64,000 nt of DNA from contig DRHS01000058.1 of assembly GCA_011053095.1 (NCBI GenBank), positions 3,826-67,825 of the forward strand, written 5' to 3'. Below are positions 57,019 through 64,000 of the stretch, one piece after another (positions within the stretch are counted from its first letter, which is position 1; each line of letters begins with the position of its first letter). A program made the position numbers and the translations under genes. A model generated the notes under the pieces. It saw nothing but the letters and a program-made list of their open reading frames with translations. It was not told the DNA's origin and searched no databases. The DNA is from Bacteroides sp. (lineage in GTDB: Bacteria > Bacteroidota > Bacteroidia > Bacteroidales > SM23-62).

Positions 57019-57897
57019 TTAATTTCTTTTATCAACGCCCCACATCAGTTTGTTTCTAAGGGTATTATAAAAAGCAGCACCCTTGATCCTGAGAGTTTTA
57101 ATGCTGAAATCGGCCTTTCTCAACAATAGACTGACTTTACCATCGAGTACATATGTTCTCGAATCCAGGGTCAACAGGTAGGACTTCTCCCGGCTCTCCA
57201 CCTCAATCCTGATATTGTTTGTATCAGGCACAACCAGAGGCCTTATGGTCAGGTTGTGAGGGGACATGGGGGAAATAATAAAATTACTTGAATCGGGTGT
57301 CAGAATGGGTCCTCCGACACTCATGGAATAGGCAGTTGAGCCTGTGGGTGTTGAAATGATCAGTCCATCTGCCCAGTATGAAGTTAAATATATATCATTC
57401 AGGTATGTATGAATGGTTATCATGGATGCATGTTGTTTCTGAACACTCACTTCGTTCAGAGCACAGCAAAAGCCATCAATTTTTGATCCTACAGGTTCCA
57501 GGGTGACAAGGCTGCGGTTTTCTATTGTGTATTCCTTATTAAAAATGGCTGTGAGGGATGTTTCTATCTGGTCGGATGGAATATCAGCCAGAAATCCAAG
57601 CCTTCCTGTATTGATACCAACAATTGGAATTCCATAGTCCTGAACCACAGATACGGATTCAAGGAAAGTTCCATCCCCGCCAATGCTTACCATGATATCA
57701 GCATGCCCTATTATGTCCTCATGGGTATTGAAAAATCCATCTGGTTTATTTTTCAAAATATTCTTAGCCTTGAGGAAATCCGCAAATGGTTTATATATAA
57801 ATACTTCGATACCTTCTTTCCGGAGAAAGTTAAACAGGTTCGCGATATTACCCTCTGAATCCCGACTGAAAGGTCGTCCATAGATAGCTACTTGCAT
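57019..57897 (-). CDS. nadK: NAD+ kinase
   Basis: GGDGTFL motif, NTGRLGFL, TPTGSTAYS. 292 aa. Confidence 0.92.
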   Translation of the reverse strand: MQVAIYGRPFSRDSEGNIANLFNFLRKEGIEVFIYKPFADFLKAKNILKNKPDGFFNTHEDIIGHADIMVSIGGDGTFLESVSVVQDYGIPIVGINTGRLGFLADIPSDQIETSLTAIFNKEYTIENRSLVTLEPVGSKIDGFCCALNEVSVQKQHASMITIHTYLNDIYLTSYWADGLIISTPTGSTAYSMSVGGPILTPDSSNFIISPMSPHNLTIRPLVVPDTNNIRIEVESREKSYLLTLDSRTYVLDGKVSLLLRKADFSIKTLRIKGAAFYNTLRNKLMWGVDKRN

Positions 57898-58563
57898 TTA
57901 TATACTGAGGTATTTCATGAATGCATCGAAACGGTTGTTCATAAGGTCTTCCATCTCATCGCCCTCCATGTAGGAAGCCTTTATAGTATAGTTATACCTG
58001 TTAAAAGTTTGGATAATAGAGCTGATATCCGTCGCACTAACCTTAAGCGTGACAGTCATTTTTGTAGAATCTTCAGGGGAGGAAACATACAGGCTGAGAA
58101 TTCTTGCATCATTGCCCTCTATTATCTGACTGATCTCTGTGAGTGTATAGTCATTCACATTTAGCTCAAGCTCCAGGATACCACCGGGTTGTTTCAGGGC
58201 TGAAAGATTGGCAAATGTACGGAGCAGGTCGTTAAGAGTAATGAGTCCCTTATAATGCTTATTCTCATCCAGCACAGGTACAACGGTAAGTTCAAGCCTT
58301 GAAATGATCTCAATCACTTCGTAAATATGCTGTTTCATCATTACATAGGGACTGAAAAGTGAGAGCTTGTGGTTCCCTATGGCTTCCTCGGCCATATTCA
58401 GATCATAGATATCCTTGTCAGAAATTAATCCCAGAAATTCAAGGTTATTAACGATCGGAAGATGCGAAATCCTGAAAATATCCATCCAGGACAGGGCCTG
58501 TACTCCGGTATCGGAGGTTTTCAGCGCGGGTACAACTTCGGATATCAATTCTTTTGCCAGCAA
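57898..58563 (-). CDS. CBS-pair domain protein
   Basis: Two CBS-like repeats (SHLPIVNNLEFLGLISDKDI; LTVVPVLDENKHYKGLITLNDLL). There is no in-frame ATG before the first CBS repeat, so I propose the TTG at 58563 (LLAKELISEVVP...). The track ORF extending to 58809 runs antisense into pdxJ. Confidence 0.65.
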   Translation of the reverse strand: MLAKELISEVVPALKTSDTGVQALSWMDIFRISHLPIVNNLEFLGLISDKDIYDLNMAEEAIGNHKLSLFSPYVMMKQHIYEVIEIISRLELTVVPVLDENKHYKGLITLNDLLRTFANLSALKQPGGILELELNVNDYTLTEISQIIEGNDARILSLYVSSPEDSTKMTVTLKVSATDISSIIQTFNRYNYTIKASYMEGDEMEDLMNNRFDAFMKYLSI

Positions 58564-58603
58564 TGGTTTCTTCCTTCTGTTAAAATACTTGTATTTTAGC
58601 CCT

Positions 58604-59329
58604 ATGACCAGACTTAGCGTAAATATAAATAAAATTGCCACATTGAGGAATGCCCGCGGTGGAATTATACCGGATGTCAGGAAGGCTGCAATCGACTGCC
58701 AAAAGTTCGGAGCAGAGGGAATAACCGTACATCCGAGGCCTGATGAGAGACATATCAGATACCAGGATGTGCATGAGATCAAACCAATCATCGAGACTGA
58801 ATTTAACATCGAGGGCTATCCCTCGAAATCCTTTCTCGACCTGGTGACTTCCATAAAACCAGATCAGGTTACCCTGGTCCCCGACCCCCCCGATGCAATC
58901 ACTTCCTCGGAAGGATGGAATACTATTAAACACAAAGACTTTTTAAAGGAGGTTGTCCAGGAGATGAAAAAGGTTGGCATCCGGACATCAATTTTCATCG
59001 ATACCAATCTTGAGCTTATTGAGAATGCTGCTTACACAGGATGTGACAGGGTAGAATTGTATACTGAACCTTATGCGAGGGACTTCCCGATTGATCCCCT
59101 TCATGCGGTTGCAGCTTTCAGGAAAGCGGGTAAACGGGCGGTTGAAGTGGGAATGGGACTGAACGCCGGACATGATCTTAGCCTTGAGAATCTCAGATAT
59201 TTCAAGGAAAATGTAGAGGGACTGCTGGAAGTCTCAATCGGCCATGCTCTTATATCAGATGCTCTATATTTCGGCCTTGAAAACACTATTCAGATGTACA
59301 GTCGACAGCTGAAAGAGTCCTCCCTGTAA
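58604..59329 (+). CDS. pdxJ: Pyridoxine 5'-phosphate synthase
   Basis: Start set to the ATG at 58604 (MTRLSVNINKIATLRNARGG...). HPRPDERHI, NIEG, LNAGHDL and SIGHALI motifs. 241 aa. Confidence 0.9.
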   Translation: MTRLSVNINKIATLRNARGGIIPDVRKAAIDCQKFGAEGITVHPRPDERHIRYQDVHEIKPIIETEFNIEGYPSKSFLDLVTSIKPDQVTLVPDPPDAITSSEGWNTIKHKDFLKEVVQEMKKVGIRTSIFIDTNLELIENAAYTGCDRVELYTEPYARDFPIDPLHAVAAFRKAGKRAVEVGMGLNAGHDLSLENLRYFKENVEGLLEVSIGHALISDALYFGLENTIQMYSRQLKESSL

Positions 59330-60132
59330 TGAGAACCATGAAACTATTCTACAGGCAACTGGGTAGCGGTCCCCCTCTATTAATCCTACACGGACTGTAT
59401 GGCTCCTCCGATAATTGGCTCTCAATCGGAAAGTCCCTTGCTGAAAAGTTTACGGTGTACCTGCTTGACCAGAGGAACCACGGACAATCCCTTCACAGTA
59501 AAACCCACGACTACCCTTCTATGAGAGACGACCTCCTAACGTTCATGGATAGCCATGAATTGCAGAAGGCGATTATTATAGGACATTCCATGGGAGGAAA
59601 GACTGCTATGTTTTTGGCAGAATCTAACCCCGAAAGAATCGAATCCCTTATAATTATTGATATTGCGCCAACACCCTATATCTCAGAAGATCATTCAGGA
59701 ATCACACACAAAACCATTATGGAAGCTATGATTGGTGTCGACTTCACCCGTGTGAGTAACCGGGATGATGTAGATAAGCAACTGGCTGATACCATTCAAT
59801 CCCCCAGAATAAGAAGCTTTCTTTTAAAAAATATTTACCACTCTGCAGAAAATGAATTCAGGTGGAGGCTGAATGTCCCCGCATTATATGCAAATCTTGA
59901 GAATATACTTGGAGGATTAAATCCGAAAAAATACAGTGGCGGAGAAGAAATTGCAGGGTTTCCTGTTTTATTTATTCGGGGACTAAAATCGGGTTATATC
60001 ACTGATGATGATATCATTGTAATTAACCAGATATTCCCGATGGCAAGGGTGACTACTCTTCCCGAAGCGGGACATTGGCTACATGTTGAACAACCTTCCC
60101 TTCTTGTTAAGACTATCCGGTACTTCCTCTGA
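59329..60132 (+). CDS. Alpha/beta hydrolase (YbfF-like esterase)
   Basis: LILHGL.GSSDNW, nucleophile elbow GHSMGG, and C-terminal AGHWLH. The start overlaps the pdxJ stop by 1 nt; alternative ATG at 59338. Confidence 0.8.
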   Translation: MRTMKLFYRQLGSGPPLLILHGLYGSSDNWLSIGKSLAEKFTVYLLDQRNHGQSLHSKTHDYPSMRDDLLTFMDSHELQKAIIIGHSMGGKTAMFLAESNPERIESLIIIDIAPTPYISEDHSGITHKTIMEAMIGVDFTRVSNRDDVDKQLADTIQSPRIRSFLLKNIYHSAENEFRWRLNVPALYANLENILGGLNPKKYSGGEEIAGFPVLFIRGLKSGYITDDDIIVINQIFPMARVTTLPEAGHWLHVEQPSLLVKTIRYFL

Positions 60133-60841
60133 CCTCTACATTCTCCTCCGGGATAAGCTTTTCACCCATGAGACGCAACAACACCTGGGCAACTGCAAGA
60201 ACGTCTTTCTCACAGTAGCGCGCAATCCTTTCATAATCATTGTCCCCGTAAAATACTTCGGCTACCTGGCTTCCATCCAGGTCATCCTTCGGATTGGAAA
60301 TACCCAGTATCTCTGCCAGCAGGGCCAGCGAGGTAAAATTCCTGTATTCTCCGAATTTCCATAACTCCATGGTATCTAAGAAGTTCAATTCCCATGGCTT
60401 TTTACCTGCAATATTAAGTACCGCCGGAAGCTTTTCTCCCAGAATTATAAACCGTCGAGACAGATAGGGAAAATCAAATTCCTTCCCATTATGAGCACAG
60501 AGACGTAATTCCCTTCCCTTCTTGAAATTACCGATGAGTGAGGCGAATTCACGGATGATTTTTACCTCATCATCCCCATAAAATGATTTAATCCTGAATC
60601 GTCTTGGCTCTGAAGTGTTGGAGAAAATTCCTGCAGATATACATACTATCCTGCCAAACTCCGCAAACAGTCCAGCTCTCCCCCAAACCTCAGCAGCGTC
60701 CTCCCCATCCTTCCTTAAATAAGCCGAACGACTGTCCCATAATTTTTGCATCCTCTCATTCAAGCCATCAAAGGAGTCGGCCGCAGGTACTGTTTCAATA
60801 TCCAGAAACAGAATATTCTCAAGTTTAATATCCTGCATCAT
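60113..60841 (-). CDS. RNase H-like 3'-5' exonuclease (PolB-exonuclease-like)
   Basis: ILFLDIETVP ExoI-like motif, AHNGKEFDFPYL and a later CEKDV acidic motif. 242 aa. 4-nt overlap with the udk stop. Confidence 0.65.
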   Translation of the reverse strand: MMQDIKLENILFLDIETVPAADSFDGLNERMQKLWDSRSAYLRKDGEDAAEVWGRAGLFAEFGRIVCISAGIFSNTSEPRRFRIKSFYGDDEVKIIREFASLIGNFKKGRELRLCAHNGKEFDFPYLSRRFIILGEKLPAVLNIAGKKPWELNFLDTMELWKFGEYRNFTSLALLAEILGISNPKDDLDGSQVAEVFYGDNDYERIARYCEKDVLAVAQVLLRLMGEKLIPEENVEVRGSTG

Positions 60842-61452
60842 CTGGCTTCAAGCTTTTTCAGGATTGTTGCTGAAAGTATATCAATGGCAACCAGGTTATT
60901 ACCTCCCTGTGGAACAATGATGTCAGCATACCTCTTTGAAGGCTCAATAAACTGAAGATGCATTGGTTTCACTGTTTTCTCATACCGATCCAAAACCTTG
61001 TTAACAGACCGCCCCCTCTCCTGTATATCCCTGCTGATAATCCTGCCCAAACGGTCATCCGCATCTGCATCAACAAATACCTTGATATCGATAATATCCC
61101 TTAGAGCTGCATGCGTAAAAATCAGAATCCCTTCCAGTATAATTACTTTCCTGGGTTGCATGTTGATGGTTTCATCTGAGCGGGTACAGGTTATATAGGT
61201 ATAAACAGGACGTTCAATATTCTTTCCTGATCTAAGCTTATCAATGTGATTGATAATAAGTGGAAATTCAAGTGAGTCGGGATGGTCAAAATTTACCTCC
61301 TGCCTGGCTGCAAGGTCCAACTGGCTGTTATCATAATAATAAGCATCCTGGGGCAAAATGGCAACATCATTCTCCGGAAGCCTCTCCATTATTCTCTTAA
61401 CCACTGTAGTTTTCCCGGAGCCGGAACCCCCTGCTATACCTACGACCAACAT
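60838..61452 (-). CDS. udk: Uridine kinase
   Basis: P-loop GIAGGSGSGKTT, NFDHPDS, ILEGIL, RD..ERGRS motifs. 204 aa. Confidence 0.95.
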   Translation of the reverse strand: MLVVGIAGGSGSGKTTVVKRIMERLPENDVAILPQDAYYYDNSQLDLAARQEVNFDHPDSLEFPLIINHIDKLRSGKNIERPVYTYITCTRSDETINMQPRKVIILEGILIFTHAALRDIIDIKVFVDADADDRLGRIISRDIQERGRSVNKVLDRYEKTVKPMHLQFIEPSKRYADIIVPQGGNNLVAIDILSATILKKLEAR

Positions 61453-61515
61453 AATAATCTGCTGTAATTTTTACTAACTTAGCAACAAAATACAAATTAA
61501 TAATACGATTAGAAA

Positions 61516-61818
61516 ATGATCCGGCATATCGTTATGTTCAAGCTCATGAGATCGGGCAATGAGGAGTCTCTTGAAGAGACCAAGATGGAAGTCAAAAACA
61601 GGCTTGAGGCATTGCTTTCACTTATCAGTGTAATCCGATCTATGGAAGTCGGAATCAATGTTGTGAAATCTGAGAGGGCATTTGATGTGGCCCTGGTTTC
61701 CACCTTTGACAGCCTGGAAGATCTTGAGACATACAGGGTACACCCCGACCACCAGAAGGTGGTAAGTTACATTGCCACGGTAAAGGACCAGTCAGCCGCA
61801 GTTGATTTTGAGTTTTAA
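61516..61818 (+). CDS. Dabb (stress-responsive alpha/beta-barrel) family protein
   Basis: 100 aa. IRHIVMFKL start, FDVALVSTFDSLEDLETYRVHPDHQKV. Confidence 0.8.
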   Translation: MIRHIVMFKLMRSGNEESLEETKMEVKNRLEALLSLISVIRSMEVGINVVKSERAFDVALVSTFDSLEDLETYRVHPDHQKVVSYIATVKDQSAAVDFEF

Positions 61819-61836
61819 TTCCGATAATCAGACAAT

Positions 61837-62811
61837 ATGCTCTACCCTATTAAGTTCAAACCCATATTAAAAGACGTTATATGGGGAGGTACACGGCTGA
61901 GAAATGTCCTTGGCAAGGCAAACGCTTCAGATACCTGCGGAGAGAGTTGGGAGATCTCAGCTATACAGGGCAAGATATCTGTAGTGGACAATGGCTTCTT
62001 AAAGGGGAATAACCTCCAGGAAATAATTGAGATCTATATGGGTGAGCTTCTTGGTGATCAAATCTATGAAAAATATGGTCTCGAATTCCCCCTCCTGATC
62101 AAATTCCTCGATGCCAATGATCTGCTCTCAATACAGGTTCACCCTGACGATGAACTGGCAAAGGAAAGGCATAACGCATACGGAAAAACTGAAATGTGGT
62201 ATATTATTGCCACTGAGGAAAATGCGAAACTGATCTCAGGGTTCACGAAGCCAATCAGCAAGGAAATCTATCTTGAGCATTTCAAGAATATTACCCTTCC
62301 GGAAATACTCAACTACGAAAACGTAAAACCAGGAGATGTTTTTTTCATTCCTGCTGGACGGGTTCATGCTATTGGCTCGGGGATATTACTTGCTGAGATC
62401 CAGCAGACCTCTGACATAACTTACCGTATATATGACTGGGGCAGATTGGATAAAGAAGGTAAAGGAAGGGAGCTCCATACAGAACTGGCGATAGATGCGA
62501 TTGTTTACGATGATCCGGAACGATACAGAATGGAATATGAACTTGAAAAAAATCAACGGGTAACTGTAGTTGACTCTCCCTGGTTTACAACGGGTATCAT
62601 TAGTTTTGATGAACCGGTTGAAAAAGACTTCAGTTTTATTGACTCATTTGTAATCTATATGTGCACAGAAGGAGGGGCAGAAATAGATTATGGAGAATCT
62701 GAAACGGTGGCGATCAATAAAGGAGAAACTGTTCTGGTCCCGGCTTCGCTGAATAATATCAGTCTACTGCCCCGGGAACCAACAAAACTTCTAGAGATAT
62801 ATATTAAATAA
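61837..62811 (+). CDS. manA: Type I (Bacillus-type) mannose-6-phosphate isomerase
   Basis: Cupin motifs SIQVHPDD, GKTEMWYI and AGRVHAIG. 324 aa. Confidence 0.85.
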   Translation: MLYPIKFKPILKDVIWGGTRLRNVLGKANASDTCGESWEISAIQGKISVVDNGFLKGNNLQEIIEIYMGELLGDQIYEKYGLEFPLLIKFLDANDLLSIQVHPDDELAKERHNAYGKTEMWYIIATEENAKLISGFTKPISKEIYLEHFKNITLPEILNYENVKPGDVFFIPAGRVHAIGSGILLAEIQQTSDITYRIYDWGRLDKEGKGRELHTELAIDAIVYDDPERYRMEYELEKNQRVTVVDSPWFTTGIISFDEPVEKDFSFIDSFVIYMCTEGGAEIDYGESETVAINKGETVLVPASLNNISLLPREPTKLLEIYIK

Positions 62812-62817
62812 TCCAGG

Positions 62818-63417
62818 ATGGCGAAGCTGATCATAAAACAGGTTTCATTTGTTAAAAGCAGTACCAGAATAAAAGACTGTCCGACAAGACCATTACCAGA
62901 GTACGCTTTTACCGGCAGGTCTAATGTTGGTAAATCTTCACTTATCAATATGGTCTGCAACAGGACAAAGCTTGCCAAAACTTCAGGAACTCCGGGAAAG
63001 ACTCAGCTGATAAATCATTTCCTGATTAATGATTCATGGTATCTTGTGGATCTTCCCGGATACGGATATGCAAAGATGCCGGATAGGGAAAGGCAAAAAA
63101 TGATGAGAATGATAAAGGAATACGTTTTGAAAGCGGAACGCCTGGTCTGTTTGTTCCTTTTGATTGATATCCGTCTGAAGATGCAGAAGGCAGATATGGA
63201 GTTCCTTCAATTCCTTGGAAAAAACCAGGTGCCATTTGTGCTGGTATTCACAAAAACTGACAAGTTAACCGAAACACAGCTTTCGCGTAACCTGGAGCAA
63301 TACAAAACCAGCCTGCTTGATACATGGGAATCACTTCCTGATATTTTTATGAGCTCATCTTTAAAAAATACAGGAAGGGAGAAAATCCTGGATTTTATAC
63401 AAAAAACATTAGTTTGA
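62818..63417 (+). CDS. engB: Ribosome-biogenesis GTPase YihA/YsxC (EngB)
   Basis: G1 GRSNVGKSSLIN, G3 DLPGYGYA, G4 TKTDK. 199 aa. Confidence 0.9.
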   Translation: MAKLIIKQVSFVKSSTRIKDCPTRPLPEYAFTGRSNVGKSSLINMVCNRTKLAKTSGTPGKTQLINHFLINDSWYLVDLPGYGYAKMPDRERQKMMRMIKEYVLKAERLVCLFLLIDIRLKMQKADMEFLQFLGKNQVPFVLVFTKTDKLTETQLSRNLEQYKTSLLDTWESLPDIFMSSSLKNTGREKILDFIQKTLV

Positions 63418-63509
63418 GAATATATGTTCTAACACAAATTTTAACTTTACCGGGACTATTCTCAGAGACATAGTGCATATTGCATCGATTATAAACTAAA
63501 TCATAACGG

Positions 63510-64000
63510 ATGAGACCCAATTCACCCATTAAATTTTTTGCCGGGACCGAGTCCAGGTACCTGGCTGAAAAAATTGCCAAATCCTTCGGGAGTGAACTTG
63601 GAAAGACCAATGTATTGAAATTCGCCGATGGGGAATTCCAACCTTCCTACGAAGAATCTGTAAGGGGATGTACTGTTTTTATTATACAGTCAACCTTCCC
63701 ACCAGCAGATAACCTTCTTGAATTGCTGTTACTTATTGATGCTGCTAAACGTGCATCAGCCTATAATATCGTCGCAGTTATGCCATATTTCGGTTATGCA
63801 AGGCAGGACCGAAAGGATAAACCCCGTGCTGCCATAGGTGCAAAACTGGTGGCCAATCTGCTTTCTGCTGCAGGGGTTGACAGGATAATGACAATGGACC
63901 TCCACGCAGATCAGCTTCAGGGATTTTTTGATGTCCCTGTCGACCATTTGTACGCGTCCTCACTGTTTGTCCCTTTCCTGAAAAGACTTGAACTTGAAAA
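63510..64000 (+). CDS. prs: Ribose-phosphate pyrophosphokinase (5' part, continues past the window end)
   Basis: ATG at 63510 preceded by an in-frame TAA, open to base 64000. Translation IKFFAGTESRYLAEKIA...FADGEF...MPYFGYARQDRKDKPR...MTMDLHADQLQGFFDVPVDHL. It is absent from the ORF track because no stop lies in the window. Confidence 0.9.
   Translation, partial: MRPNSPIKFFAGTESRYLAEKIAKSFGSELGKTNVLKFADGEFQPSYEESVRGCTVFIIQSTFPPADNLLELLLLIDAAKRASAYNIVAVMPYFGYARQDRKDKPRAAIGAKLVANLLSAAGVDRIMTMDLHADQLQGFFDVPVDHLYASSLFVPFLKRLELE

Noticed and set aside
1-64000. Search for mobile elements, prophage, CRISPR arrays, tRNA/rRNA genes or long DNA repeats
   Set aside because: I recognised no transposase, integrase or Cas-like ORFs. 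I saw no regularly spaced direct repeats, and all intergenic spacers are too short (<215 nt) and lack tRNA-like structure on inspection. A manual scan cannot exclude small ncRNAs or dispersed short repeats; Infernal/Rfam and a self-dotplot would settle this.

Overview
I read this as a dense 64-kb chromosomal window that is mostly housekeeping, probably from a Bacteroidota genome. That assignment is an inference from gene families and synteny: nqrABCDEF-apbE, and the cluster pdxJ / CBS / nadK / two beta-barrel paralogs / uppS / bamA / two skp / murI. I support 57 protein-coding genes, including partial genes at both window edges: an acyl-CoA synthetase 3' end and a prs 5' end that the ORF track misses. 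I also call three hairpin terminators, one candidate operator and one in-gene repeat array. I saw no rRNA, tRNA, CRISPR array, transposase or integrase. All product calls come from motifs I recognise in the translated ORFs; I ran no database search. I corrected several ORF-track starts (holA, nqrA, CBS protein, pdxJ, the beta-barrel paralogs, the larger PPDK_N protein). The main candidate for an undescribed system is a pair of very large, translationally coupled paralogs (40586-47076, minus strand). Each combines receiver-like domains with a PPDK_N-type ATP-grasp domain and a conserved C-terminal module I do not recognise. Both lack the phosphohistidine swivel and PEP-utilising domains of true PEP synthases or PPDKs. 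The pair sits between gdhA and korAB, two genes of the 2-oxoglutarate node. Other items worth a second look are three tandem TPR/PD40 envelope paralogs with different C-termini, one of which has five ~65-aa acidic repeats and a C-terminal TM anchor. There is also a four-Cys single-TM mini-protein next to apbE/nqr, a GT2 fused to a gutted sugar-transferase domain, and a palindrome upstream of korA.
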